From NCBI GenBank assembly GCA_965204375.1, contig OZ241986.1:4704001-4768000 (forward strand): DNA of 64,000 nt, written 5' to 3'. The notes beneath the pieces were generated by a model, which had not been told where the DNA came from, ran no database searches, and worked only from the letters and a program-made list of their open reading frames with translations. Made by a program: the position numbers and the translations under genes. Positions 42,650-53,006 of the stretch are shown one piece after another; position 1 is the stretch's first letter, and every line of letters starts with the position of its first letter. The DNA comes from Candidatus Latescibacterota bacterium (GTDB taxonomy: Bacteria > Latescibacterota > UBA2968).

Positions 42650-45031
42650 CTATTCATACCGCAGCGATTCAACGGGATTGGCCATAGCGACTTTGACCGC
42701 TTGATAGCTCACGGTGATACAGGCAATAATCAGAGACAAGACGCCAGCAAAAACAAAGATGCGCCACCCCATAGATGTGTGGTACGCAAAATCGTTTAAC
42801 CAGTCGTTCATAAAGTGATAGGCCAGCGGAGCGGCCAGTGCAAAGGCAACGACAACCAGCCTGATGAACTCTTTGGAAAGCAAAATGACGAGATTGGGGA
42901 TGGATGCGCCGAGGACTTTTCTAATGCCGATTTCCTTGGTGCGCTGTTCGGCGGTATAGGACGCCAGGCCGAACAGCCCCAGGCAAGAAATAAAAATGGC
43001 GAAAATGGCAAAAAAAGTAGCCAGCGTGCCCATCGTGCTCTCGTTGCGATACATCCTTTCAAACTGTTCGTCCTGAAAAGAAAACTCAAAAGGACGGTCC
43101 GCATTGAATTTCTTGGATGCCCTCTCGATACCTGCAATAGCCTCAGCCGTTTGTCCCCCGGCAATACGCACAAATAAAAACTCGGTACGGGTGGGACTCA
43201 GAAGAATAATCAGCGGTTCGATAGCCGTGTACAGGGATTGAAAATGGAAATTTTTAACCACGCCAATAATTGGACCTTCGCGACCAAACCGCAGACGGGT
43301 GCCAACCGGGTTTTCCATGCCCATAGCCCGAGCCATTTCTTCATTCACAATAAAACTTCTGAGATCCCCGGGAAAATCTCTGGAAAATTCGCGCCCGTGA
43401 ACAAGCTCCATGTGCAGGGTATTGACCACATCGTAGTTGGCCTGTAACCTGTGAAAAATATGTTCTGAATTGGGGTCTCTCCCCTCCCACATCGCATTTG
43501 TTCCGGTACTCGTCACCCTGAGCGGATTGTGTCCGGTACTGGTCACGCCGACAATGCCCGGCTGTTGCAAAAGTTCCTGTCTGAAAGCCTCATACTGTCT
43601 CTTAGCTGCACCCTCCAACCGCATATACACCAGATTATCGCGGTCAATTCCCAGATCTTTGTTTCGCATATACGCAATCTGCTCATAAACCGTCAGCGTG
43701 CCGATAATGAGCAAAATAGAAAGACCAAATTGGAACACCACCAGCACCCGGCGCAACTGACTCGAACCCGACCCCGGTGTAAACGTACCGCGCAAAACAA
43801 TGACGGGATTAAAATTGGAAAGATAAAAAGCGGGATAGCTTCCCGCGAGCACTCCGGTTACAATCGCAATACCAAAAAAAATGAGAAGAATCTCAATGCT
43901 GAAAAGATCGGTCGTGAGCGTCTGATTGATCAAGTCGCTAAACGACGGCAAAACCAGAATGACCATGATCAGCGCCAGAATGGCAGCGAACATGGTCATC
44001 ATAAGCGATTCGCCCATAAACTGCCCAATCAGAATGGTTTTATGCGCCCCGACAGCCTTGCGAATCCCAATTTCTCGAGCGCGTTGCGTAGAACGCGCAG
44101 TCGATAGATTCATAAAGTTGATACTCGCAATCAGGATGATGAACGCGGCCACGACAATAAACATCTGCACATAGTCAATCCGACCACCGACCAGTTTGCC
44201 ATTCCTGTAGTCGGAATACAGATGCATATCCAGATAGGGCTGCAAAAAAGCATCGCTTGTGACCGTATCATCATTCTCCTTAATGATATTTTTGATCTTG
44301 GCATTGAATTGATCGATATTGACATCCTTTTGCAACTGAACGTATAGCCGAAGGTGATTGACCGTCCACCGATAAAAACCGCGTTTATTGGCCAAATAAG
44401 ATGCCATTGGCAAAATACAGTCATATCGCTGCGTCGAATTTACGGGCATGTTTTCATAAACCCCAGCCACCTTAAAACTTTTGTTATCGTATTGCACCAG
44501 CGCGTGCGTATTATTCACCACAAAGATCTGTCCCATCGCGGTACTCCTCCAATCCTCTCCAAAATACTTCTCGGCCAGTCGCTCTGAGATGGCGATATTA
44601 TCCGGTTCCGCAAGCGCGGTTTCGGGATCGCCCAAGATGAGGGGAAAGGTGAAAATCTTAAAAAAGGCCGGTCCAGCGTGATATCCGCTCTCCCGAAAAG
44701 TCTGTTCCCCATGCGTCAAATACATGGGCTGATTCCAGGTCACAAGCACGGTCTCGGTAACCTCTGGATATCGCTCTTCCAGCAGTTTGGCACTCGGATG
44801 GGGTATCGAAGACAGCGTCGAGATCTTATTCATGCCGTGATGATGCCGCATGAAGCGGTAGATTCGGTCGCCATTCACATGGAATTGATCGTAGCTGAGT
44901 TCGTGGGCGATCCACATAAAAATTAAAAAACTACAGGTCAGGCCCACGGAAAGACCCGCAATATTGATTATAGAATGGGTTTTTTGCCCCAAAAAATTGC
45001 GGACCGCGATTTTGAAATAATTCTTAAACAT
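42650..45031 (-). CDS. ABC transporter permease, MacB/FtsX duplicated type
   Basis: MFKNYFKIAVRN, INFMNLSTARS, NPVESLRYE. Confidence 0.95.
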   Translation of the reverse strand: MFKNYFKIAVRNFLGQKTHSIINIAGLSVGLTCSFLIFMWIAHELSYDQFHVNGDRIYRFMRHHHGMNKISTLSSIPHPSAKLLEERYPEVTETVLVTWNQPMYLTHGEQTFRESGYHAGPAFFKIFTFPLILGDPETALAEPDNIAISERLAEKYFGEDWRSTAMGQIFVVNNTHALVQYDNKSFKVAGVYENMPVNSTQRYDCILPMASYLANKRGFYRWTVNHLRLYVQLQKDVNIDQFNAKIKNIIKENDDTVTSDAFLQPYLDMHLYSDYRNGKLVGGRIDYVQMFIVVAAFIILIASINFMNLSTARSTQRAREIGIRKAVGAHKTILIGQFMGESLMMTMFAAILALIMVILVLPSFSDLINQTLTTDLFSIEILLIFFGIAIVTGVLAGSYPAFYLSNFNPVIVLRGTFTPGSGSSQLRRVLVVFQFGLSILLIIGTLTVYEQIAYMRNKDLGIDRDNLVYMRLEGAAKRQYEAFRQELLQQPGIVGVTSTGHNPLRVTSTGTNAMWEGRDPNSEHIFHRLQANYDVVNTLHMELVHGREFSRDFPGDLRSFIVNEEMARAMGMENPVGTRLRFGREGPIIGVVKNFHFQSLYTAIEPLIILLSPTRTEFLFVRIAGGQTAEAIAGIERASKKFNADRPFEFSFQDEQFERMYRNESTMGTLATFFAIFAIFISCLGLFGLASYTAEQRTKEIGIRKVLGASIPNLVILLSKEFIRLVVVAFALAAPLAYHFMNDWLNDFAYHTSMGWRIFVFAGVLSLIIACITVSYQAVKVAMANPVESLRYE

Positions 45032-45136
45032 TGGGATTCTCCAGTTCAGGTGTAAGTTGTGGCTTATCTTATTATAATCAATTTACCTGATTTTGGGCGG
45101 TATTGAGTGGTCGTCTTACTTCTTATGTCTCACCTC

Positions 45137-46495
45137 TTACTGCTTTAAAACCAACTTGTCGATTTCTTCGTAATTGTCATAGGACGATGTGACCACGCGC
45201 TCGCCGGGAGAGAGGCCAGCGAGGACTTCGAAGTATTCGGGGCTTTGGCGGCCTATGCGTACGTCGCGGCGTATGGCTTCGTCGCCTTCGACGACAAATA
45301 CCCAGTTGCCGCCTGTTGTTTGATAAAATCCGCCGCGGGGGAGCAAGAGGGCTTCTTCGGGTGCGTCGAGTTCCAGACGTATCTGTTCTGTTTGACCGCG
45401 CCGGATGCTTTGAGGTGTCGCATCGACAAAATCCATATCGACTTCAAATTGTCCTTCTACGACTTCGGGAAAGACCCGACGGATTGTGAGGTCATACGTT
45501 TCATCGCCGATTTCAATGGTGCCTTTGAGTCCCTTTGTGATTCGCGTGATGTAAAATTCATCGATGCCCACCCGCATCTTGTAGGCGTCGAGTACATCGA
45601 CCTGACCAATGCGCCTTCCCCTGTTCATCAACTGACCGATTTCTGCATTTAATTGGGATAATTGTCCAGCAATGGGGGCGCGCACGGTCAGGTTTTCCAA
45701 TGGACGGCGCACATGTTCCAATTGTCGTTGCAAGCTTCTGGCGCTCGTGTCCAGTGCAGCGAGTTGGTTGATGCGATACAGCGAGTCCTGGCGTACTGTT
45801 TCCAATGCAAATGACCTGCGTTTCTGATCGTTTTGATATCGATCTCGCGCACCTTCAAACAGGTCTTGGGAAGTCAGTCCGCGTTCATATAAAACTTTCT
45901 GCTTTTCGTGTTGGCGTTCTGTCTCCCGCAAGTTCAATTCAACGCGCATCAGTTCCTGGCGGTTGCGAATGGCCCGATTTTCCAGATTCAACCGCGTGTT
46001 TTCCATGTTGTTGATTTGTTCGAACAAGCGGGCTTCTTGGGTTAAAATATTTTGTTCCAGGGTGGGATTCGACAATTTCAAAATGGGCATGCCTTTTTCG
46101 ACCATGGTCCCTTCTTCCAGGAAGATTTCCTCTATTTGTCCGCCTTCGAGTGCGTCGATATAATAGGTTTGTATCGGCAATACGGTGCCGCGCTGGACGG
46201 TAAATTCCTGAAAGGGACCGCGCGTGACTTCTGAGATGGTAATCCGATCGACCTGTACATTGAGCCGGGCGCTGTGGTCGCCAAAGATCGCCATGTAGAT
46301 TACGGCACACACAAATATGGCGATTCCGCTTATGGTCGCAATGCGCTTTGGTGTCCATACTTTCTTTTCGACCCTGCGGTCCATGCCGTCTTGACCCGTG
46401 GCTTCTGTTGCCGGTTGGGACGATGAAGAACCGCTGCCGACAAAACTGGGTACGGCTTTCTTACTCGGTGCATCATCTCGTTCGGGTGTTGACAT
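45137..46495 (-). CDS. efflux periplasmic adaptor subunit (HlyD/MacA-like)
   Basis: N-terminal TM, barrel-sandwich EGGQIEEIFLEEG, coiled coil, VRAPIAGQLS, LPRGGFYQTTGG; AGAGG RBS before ATG 46495. Confidence 0.9.
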   Translation of the reverse strand: MSTPERDDAPSKKAVPSFVGSGSSSSQPATEATGQDGMDRRVEKKVWTPKRIATISGIAIFVCAVIYMAIFGDHSARLNVQVDRITISEVTRGPFQEFTVQRGTVLPIQTYYIDALEGGQIEEIFLEEGTMVEKGMPILKLSNPTLEQNILTQEARLFEQINNMENTRLNLENRAIRNRQELMRVELNLRETERQHEKQKVLYERGLTSQDLFEGARDRYQNDQKRRSFALETVRQDSLYRINQLAALDTSARSLQRQLEHVRRPLENLTVRAPIAGQLSQLNAEIGQLMNRGRRIGQVDVLDAYKMRVGIDEFYITRITKGLKGTIEIGDETYDLTIRRVFPEVVEGQFEVDMDFVDATPQSIRRGQTEQIRLELDAPEEALLLPRGGFYQTTGGNWVFVVEGDEAIRRDVRIGRQSPEYFEVLAGLSPGERVVTSSYDNYEEIDKLVLKQ

Positions 46496-46620
46496 GTTTA
46501 TATCCTCTATCCAAAAGTTTGGTGTATCATAGAATGCTGAATGGGGAAAATAGTCATACTTTGAACAATATTCAACTTTGTTTTGCGTCAATGTGCCTCT
46601 ATCCTATCCATTCTCGATTT

Positions 46621-49047
46621 TTACTCATCTCGCAAGGCATCAATGGGATTGGATCGCGCGGCGCGAATGGCTTGCATGCTTACGGTTCCAAAGGCGATGA
46701 TCAGGGCCATTATCGCGCTTGCGACAAATGGCAAGACATTTAAATCTGTCTGATAGGCAAACCCGGAGAGCCAGTCGCGCATCAGATAGTAGGCGATTGG
46801 CCAGGCGATGAGATTGGCAAGTAGAATGAGCAATATAAATTCGCGGGAGAGTAGCATCACCAGATGAGATGTGGATGCGCCCAGTACCTTCCGCACACCA
46901 ATTTCTTTGGTGCGAGATTGAACCATGAATGCGGCCAGTCCGAACAGTCCCAAACAGGCTACAAAAATTGCCAGTAGTGAAAACACGCCGAGCATTTTAC
47001 CAGTGAGCCGTTCGTTGAAATAGTACCGCTGTATGATCTCGTCCAAAAATATATATCGAAAGGGTGCGTCTGGCACAAAGCGTTTCCACTGTGTTTCGAG
47101 AAATGACAGGGTTTGCGCGGTGTTTTCTGGTCGGACGCGCAGGGCCAGGGAATAAAATAGCCTCCAACGGGCTACGAATCCCATGGGGGCGATTTCTTCT
47201 CGTAGCGTCAAGCTGTGGTAGTCTTTTACGACGCCAATTACGGTCAGGGTTTGGTTGTTAAATGCTGCTGGCGTCTCGATCTGTTTGCCAATCGGGTCGT
47301 CCTCCCAGCCGAGCAGGCGCACGGCTGTTTCGTTCAAAATAATTGCCTGAGAGGTGTCGCTGGCAACATCGGCTGAAAAGACGCGACCGCGAAGCACGGG
47401 AATGTCGAATATTTCAAAGAACGAATCATCTACCTCGTTTATGCGAATTGTCCGTTCTTTTGTGCGGTCTCCATCGGGCCAGATCAGTCGCGGTCGTCCA
47501 CCGTATCCAGAAATGTCGTATCTCAATGCCGATGCGCTGAGGATATTGGGGTGTTCGAGAAATACCTGTTTCACCGTCTGGTGGCGTGCCGAAAGGCGCA
47601 TTTGTGGGGCAAATTCATGCTCGCGATCATGAGCGAAGATTGGCACACTTACAATGTGATCGCGCGTGAAACCCATATTTTTGGTTTCTATATATCGCAG
47701 TTGTTGATAAACCACCAGGGTGCAGATCACCAGCAAGATGGACATGCCGAACTGAAAAATCACGAGTCCTTTCTTCAGTCCTGTGGAACCCGATGAGGAA
47801 GACGCCCTACTTTTTAGTGCTGTTACCGGACTAAAGGATGAGAGGAAGAACGCCGGATACCATCCTGCCAGCAATCCGACTACCAAGGTTAATGCCAGTG
47901 CCGCCGGCGCACCTATTATTACTGTAGCCGCGTTGAGGTGTAAATTGCCGCGTACAAATTGGTTGAATAAGGGCAGGCATAACTCGACCAGTGCCAGGGC
48001 AATCAGCAGGGCGACGGAGGTTAAAAGCAGAGATTCAGTTAAAAATTGAATCATCAGTTGTGGACGATGCGCGCCGACCACTTTTCGCACGCCTACTTCG
48101 CGCTTGCGGGTGACAGCGCGAGCAGTTGCCAGATTTGTAAAGTTCACGCATGCAATGACCACTACGATCAGCCCGATAGCCACCAGTATGTAAATTTGTT
48201 GTATGGGGCTGTTGGCAGCCGGGTTAAAATCGGATTCGCCATACAGGTACACGCGGTGCAGGGACTGTAGATGATAGGTGTTTTTTGCCGCAACTTCATC
48301 TCCCATATATTGTTTGATCAACGGCTGCATTTTTGTTTGCAGGGTTTCTGCGTTTTGTCCTGTTTTTAATAGTACGTATGTGTTTACTGGACGCCACGAT
48401 TGCCTGGGTAGCCACATTATCCACGGCGTTTTTCCTACGGAGGGTATTGTGGTTGTGAGTAAGTGAAAATGAAGGTCTGATGAGCGTTGTGGTGCCTTTA
48501 CGATACCTGTTACTGTGTACTCGCCTGGAAAAATGCGATTGTCAACAGAAACTGTTTGGCCCATCGGGTCCGTATCGCCAAATAAATGTTGCGCCATGTC
48601 GTCAGTTATGACCACAGAGTAGGGTGTGCGAAATGCGGTTTCTGGATCGCCTTTTATGAGGGGAAAATCGAACACGTCCAGAAAGTTGTCATCTATCAGT
48701 GCCAGGGTATATCGATTTTTGCGTTTGCCGTATTGTGCAGACACAAGCCACTGCCAGATACGCACCGTTGTTTCTACTTCGGGAAATGTTTCTTTCAACA
48801 CAGGTCCGAGTGCGCCTGATGTGCCTTCTTCATAAGTTGTTTGCGTACTGCTGCGCTTTTCTCGAATCACTTTGTAAATGCGGTCGCCCAAGGTGTGTGA
48901 GCGATCTACTGCAAACTCTTGTTGGATGTACAACAGGATCAAGATGCCACACGCCAGCCCAATGGCAAGTCCCAGTACATTGATGGTTGTGTACAGTTTG
49001 TGCCGCATCAAATTGCGGATCGCAACAGTCAGGTAATTTTTGATCAT
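46621..49047 (-). CDS. ABC transporter permease, MacB/FtsX duplicated type
   Basis: MIKNYLTVAIRNL with GGAGG RBS; NPIDALRDE. Confidence 0.95.
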   Translation of the reverse strand: MIKNYLTVAIRNLMRHKLYTTINVLGLAIGLACGILILLYIQQEFAVDRSHTLGDRIYKVIREKRSSTQTTYEEGTSGALGPVLKETFPEVETTVRIWQWLVSAQYGKRKNRYTLALIDDNFLDVFDFPLIKGDPETAFRTPYSVVITDDMAQHLFGDTDPMGQTVSVDNRIFPGEYTVTGIVKAPQRSSDLHFHLLTTTIPSVGKTPWIMWLPRQSWRPVNTYVLLKTGQNAETLQTKMQPLIKQYMGDEVAAKNTYHLQSLHRVYLYGESDFNPAANSPIQQIYILVAIGLIVVVIACVNFTNLATARAVTRKREVGVRKVVGAHRPQLMIQFLTESLLLTSVALLIALALVELCLPLFNQFVRGNLHLNAATVIIGAPAALALTLVVGLLAGWYPAFFLSSFSPVTALKSRASSSSGSTGLKKGLVIFQFGMSILLVICTLVVYQQLRYIETKNMGFTRDHIVSVPIFAHDREHEFAPQMRLSARHQTVKQVFLEHPNILSASALRYDISGYGGRPRLIWPDGDRTKERTIRINEVDDSFFEIFDIPVLRGRVFSADVASDTSQAIILNETAVRLLGWEDDPIGKQIETPAAFNNQTLTVIGVVKDYHSLTLREEIAPMGFVARWRLFYSLALRVRPENTAQTLSFLETQWKRFVPDAPFRYIFLDEIIQRYYFNERLTGKMLGVFSLLAIFVACLGLFGLAAFMVQSRTKEIGVRKVLGASTSHLVMLLSREFILLILLANLIAWPIAYYLMRDWLSGFAYQTDLNVLPFVASAIMALIIAFGTVSMQAIRAARSNPIDALRDE

Positions 49048-49104
49048 GAGTGCCTCCCGAAGCGCGATCTTTTGTAATGAAAAATAACGGTTGCACAATT
49101 TTAC

Positions 49105-49120
49105 TGCAATAATCGTGCCA
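49105..49120 (-). promoter_or_regulatory. sigma-54 (-24/-12) promoter
   Basis: Minus strand TGGCACGATTATTGCA matches the TGGCACG-N4-TTGC consensus, ~58 nt upstream of the permease ATG. Confidence 0.85.
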
Positions 49121-49183
49121 AAACAATCAAGTACTGAAATAACAACATGTTATGAAATATTGCTTAAAATTGATAGGTTGAAT

Positions 49184-49226
49184 AGTGTCCGATTTTGATA
49201 CAGTAGTGTCCGAAAATGAACACTTA
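49184..49226. promoter_or_regulatory. tandem upstream activator sites (TGT-N11-ACA x2), copy 1
   Basis: TGTCCGATTTTGATACA and TGTCCGAAAATGAACA; 43 bp identical to 52130-52172. Confidence 0.7.
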
Positions 49227-49227
49227 A

Positions 49228-49267
49228 AATACAACAGACACATTGTTTTTAATGTGTCTGTTGTATT
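49228..49267. terminator. hairpin with 17-bp arms
   Basis: AATACAACAGACACATT-GTTTTT-AATGTGTCTGTTGTATT, downstream of minus-strand genes. Confidence 0.65.
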
Positions 49268-49296
49268 AGCCGTAGAACCATTATTTGTTCAGGATT

Positions 49297-49465
49297 TTAT
49301 TCTACAACGCGGAAATAGACGTATTTCCTATCCGTCTGATCAGTTTGCTTGTCCTTCGCCAATACGGTCAATTGATAAATCCCTTCGGGCACCTGATTCA
49401 CATCGATTTGCAAATACGTAAAATCATCTTCTCGATCTGTATCTATTGTGAACCAGTAAAAGAAT
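49297..49465 (-). pseudogene. orphan 3' gene fragment (beta-rich C-terminus)
   Basis: ...DREDDFTYLQIDVNQVPEGIYQLTVLAKDKQTDQTDRKYVYFRVVE* reads like a real Ig-like C-terminus but has no independent start. Confidence 0.45.
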
Positions 49466-49478
49466 GAGACGCTTGTTT

Positions 49479-51959
49479 TTACTCCGTCCGCAAAGCATCC
49501 ACTGGATTCGTGCGTGCGGCTTTGAGTGCTTGATAGGTCATGGTTGTAAGTGCGAGCAAGAGCGCGAGAGCACCGCCTATGAGAAAATACATAAGGTGTA
49601 GATCGATGCGATAGGCGAAGTCCTGCAACCATCTGCTCGAAAACAGATAGGCTATTGGACAGGCTATTGCACAGGCGATGATTACGAGTTTGACAAATTC
49701 TCTGGATAACAACCCAAAAATACTGAATACCGATGCGCCCAGAACTTTCCGTATGCCAATTTCTTTTGTTTTTTGTTCTGCGCGAAACGATATCAGGCCG
49801 AGCAGTCCCAGGCAGGCTACGAAGATGGTCAGTCCGGAAAATACTGCCAATGCATTCCCCGTGCGGATTTCATTTTGATAACGCACGCGTGTCAGGTCAT
49901 CATTCAAGAACCAGAAAGTGCATGGAATTTGTGGTAAAAATTGGTGCCATGTTTTCTCTATAAATGCGAGGGTTTCCGGTATGTTCTGTGTGCCCAGTTT
50001 GAGGTAGAGGTGTTTGGCGCCTCCCGTAAAAAGTCTGAATACAACGGGCCGGATGGCATTGTGCAATGTTTGGACGTGAAAATCTTTCATCACACCTACC
50101 ACATATCCCTCGGGTCCATTTTTTTCCTTAAAACGCCTGCCAATTGGATCGTCCCATCCGAGATGTCTTGCGGCTGTTTCATTTAAGATAAGTGGTCGGC
50201 CTTTTTCTCGATATGCTTGCACTAATTCTCGATATTTTTCTAACTCCGCACGACTTTCTATTCTTTCTGGCCACTTTGGTGGTTCTGGTGCCAGACGGCC
50301 TGCTGCCAGTTCGATGTTGAAGAAGTCCAGAAAATCGCGGTCAATATCAAACAGACCCATCTGCCAGTCGGCGTCATCGGCTCGAAACGTTTCTGTTGTA
50401 TGATATCCACCTTGATGAAAACGCGTGGCTGTTGCGTTCAAAATATTCGGGTGTGCCATGAACACCTGTTTTACCGTGGGAATGCGCCATCTCAGATCTT
50501 CTGAACTACCGTGATGTAGTTGCCGAGAATAGATGAAAAGCGGTATGCCGACTACGAGTTCTTTGTCAAATCCGAGGTCTTTATTTCGGATATATGCCAG
50601 TTGCTCCTGTACGACAACAGTACCTGTGATGAAAGCAATCGAAATTGCAAATTGGAAGATCACGAGTGCTTTTCGCAGCCCAACGTGTTTCGATCCCGGT
50701 ATCCAGTCCCCTTTCATTACCTGCGTGGGCAAAAAGGATGAGAGTACAAATGCGGGATAACTACCCGCGAGCACACCAACGCCCAGCCCAAACCCGATCA
50801 ATCCGATCATCCACCACAGATTTTCAGTTCTGTGCAATATCAGATCTCGTTGAATAAAACTGTTAAACCGTGGCAGGACCAGTTCAACTAAGGCGAGTGC
50901 TACTATCATTGCAACGAGTGCCACCAGTACTGATTCGCCTAAAAATTGTCCGATCAATTGCTGGCGAGATGCACCCACCACTTTTCGTAATCCCACCTCG
51001 CGTGCTCTGGTGGATGAGCGCGCCGTTGAGAGATTCATAAAATTGACACAGGCGAGTACGAGAATAAAACCCGCGACGAGTCCAAAGGCATATATCTGGG
51101 TGATATCGCCATGGTCCCTAAACTGAAGCCCCAAATCCGGATGGGTATAAAGATGCACGCGCGTGAGGGGTTGCACTATGTACCGGGTCGTTTGGCGCAC
51201 GTCATCACCCATGTATCGCGTTATCAAATCGGGCAGTTTTTGCTGTAGTGTGCGGTGGTCGTAGCCTTCGGGCAACAGGAGATATGTGAAAAAGGGACGA
51301 TAAGCGCCCGTGGGTTGCCACATAGACCATAGGTCCGCCAACTGGCCCCTTGGCGTGGCGGTCAGGCAATCGAAATAAAAGGTCGAGTTGGGCGGAAAGT
51401 CGCGCACAATACCCGTTACAAAGTATGTCACCGTGCCGCTCAGTTGTTCGTGATCCACTTGCAGTGTTTTTCCAATTGGATTCTGATTTTGGAAGAATTT
51501 GCGCGCCATTGATTCTGTTAGCACTATAGAACCCGGTTGGGTCAATGCCGTGCCTGGGACACCGATTACAAATGGGATTGTAAATACATTGAAAATTTCC
51601 CGATCTGCGACACATACATCTTGCTGAAAAAAGCGGTCGTCGGTTTTGACCCATGAGGTGAGTATTTGTGTGCGGATGGCTTCCTGTACTTCGGGAAAAT
51701 CGCGCTTTAATGCCGGTGCCAGTGCGCCAGATGCACGCGGATTGACCGATGTTGTATTTTCCATTGAAACTGTGCGGATGACGCGATAGATGCGGGGTGC
51801 ATTGGCATGGTGTCGGTCGTAGCTAAATTCATATTGAATGTAGAGGGCGATCAAAATGACGCACGCCATTCCAGTTGCCAGGCCCAGGATATTAATCGTT
51901 GTCAAGCCCCTGTTTTTCAGCAAGGTGCGAATGGTAGCTATGAGATAACTGCGAAACAT
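49479..51959 (-). CDS. ABC transporter permease, MacB/FtsX duplicated type
   Basis: MFRSYLIATIRTL, VNFMNLSTARS, NPVDALRTE; AGGAGG RBS. Confidence 0.95.
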   Translation of the reverse strand: MFRSYLIATIRTLLKNRGLTTINILGLATGMACVILIALYIQYEFSYDRHHANAPRIYRVIRTVSMENTTSVNPRASGALAPALKRDFPEVQEAIRTQILTSWVKTDDRFFQQDVCVADREIFNVFTIPFVIGVPGTALTQPGSIVLTESMARKFFQNQNPIGKTLQVDHEQLSGTVTYFVTGIVRDFPPNSTFYFDCLTATPRGQLADLWSMWQPTGAYRPFFTYLLLPEGYDHRTLQQKLPDLITRYMGDDVRQTTRYIVQPLTRVHLYTHPDLGLQFRDHGDITQIYAFGLVAGFILVLACVNFMNLSTARSSTRAREVGLRKVVGASRQQLIGQFLGESVLVALVAMIVALALVELVLPRFNSFIQRDLILHRTENLWWMIGLIGFGLGVGVLAGSYPAFVLSSFLPTQVMKGDWIPGSKHVGLRKALVIFQFAISIAFITGTVVVQEQLAYIRNKDLGFDKELVVGIPLFIYSRQLHHGSSEDLRWRIPTVKQVFMAHPNILNATATRFHQGGYHTTETFRADDADWQMGLFDIDRDFLDFFNIELAAGRLAPEPPKWPERIESRAELEKYRELVQAYREKGRPLILNETAARHLGWDDPIGRRFKEKNGPEGYVVGVMKDFHVQTLHNAIRPVVFRLFTGGAKHLYLKLGTQNIPETLAFIEKTWHQFLPQIPCTFWFLNDDLTRVRYQNEIRTGNALAVFSGLTIFVACLGLLGLISFRAEQKTKEIGIRKVLGASVFSIFGLLSREFVKLVIIACAIACPIAYLFSSRWLQDFAYRIDLHLMYFLIGGALALLLALTTMTYQALKAARTNPVDALRTE

Positions 51960-52050
51960 ATTGACCTCCTGATGCAGTTTTCAACGCGGGTTAGTATCCC
52001 GATGTCCGATGCAATGCGATACGCGAAAGGATGAATGTATAAAAATAGTA

Positions 52051-52066
52051 AGCAATTACTGTGCCA
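52051..52066 (-). promoter_or_regulatory. sigma-54 (-24/-12) promoter
   Basis: Minus strand TGGCACAGTAATTGCT. Confidence 0.8.
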
Positions 52067-52129
52067 AAAACTTCTTGTCTATATTTTACAAGTAGTTATG
52101 AGAATTTGTGTCATGAGCACAGTTCAATA

Positions 52130-52172
52130 AGTGTCCGATTTTGATACAGTAGTGTCCGAAAATGAACACTTA
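52130..52172. promoter_or_regulatory. tandem upstream activator sites, copy 2
   Basis: Identical to 49184-49226 and at the same distance (64 nt) from the -24 box. Confidence 0.7.
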
Positions 52173-52260
52173 GCCAATAAAAATAGGCACATTGTTTTGA
52201 TTGCAATGTGCCTGATGTATTAGCCGTAGAACCATTATTTTGCAATGGCGTTACCCCGGT

Positions 52261-52965
52261 TTAGTGGGTATGATTGATGCGTGCGAGTAATTCAGGCAGT
52301 TCCTCAATTTCAGTAATTGATAACCCACGCCAGCCAATTATGTCTGGTCGCGCGTCATATACATCTTCTAAATCGACTTGCTTTAGCACGGGTAAGAAAC
52401 CTATTTCTTTAGCACCGGTCATTTCCTGGCTGCTACCATCGCCCACATAAATACAGACATTTGACGGAAGTCCCAACTGTTCATGTGCCCGTTTATAGAT
52501 TTCAATAGCGGGCTTTTGTATTTTTTCTGTACAAGAAAAGAGCGGTAAATCGATATGCTCTGCTAAAGGGGACGTGTGCCAGAGTAGCGGGACATCTGGA
52601 CCACAGTTTGTTATGAGTCCAATTTTATAGCCATCATTTTTTAGATTTTGAAGCGTAAGCAGGACCTCAGCCTTTGGTTTCAGTGTTCTCATTGTGAAGT
52701 CGTATCGATATTGTGCGGCAGTGTTGATTTTGCAATCGCCTGGGGAGAGACCAATTTGAGCGCAACATACCGCGATATTCTCTTCTATTGACCTGAATTT
52801 CCCAATACATCGGTCAGAAAAAGAAAGATCGGATGCGTGTCTAAACGCTTCATACGGCACCGACAAAGTTTCGGCCATCAATGCAAGTACTTTGTCGTAC
52901 TTTTTTTTGCTAAAATTATCAACCAGTGTCCCAAACAAGTCGAAAATTACTGCCTTAAATTTCAT
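52261..52965 (-). CDS. HAD family hydrolase
   Basis: IFDLFGTL, ITN, KP, YVGDG. Confidence 0.9.
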   Translation of the reverse strand: MKFKAVIFDLFGTLVDNFSKKKYDKVLALMAETLSVPYEAFRHASDLSFSDRCIGKFRSIEENIAVCCAQIGLSPGDCKINTAAQYRYDFTMRTLKPKAEVLLTLQNLKNDGYKIGLITNCGPDVPLLWHTSPLAEHIDLPLFSCTEKIQKPAIEIYKRAHEQLGLPSNVCIYVGDGSSQEMTGAKEIGFLPVLKQVDLEDVYDARPDIIGWRGLSITEIEELPELLARINHTH

Positions 52966-53006
52966 TATACCAAACTCTCTGTTCGGTACTCCTGTGACTG
53001 ACCTGA

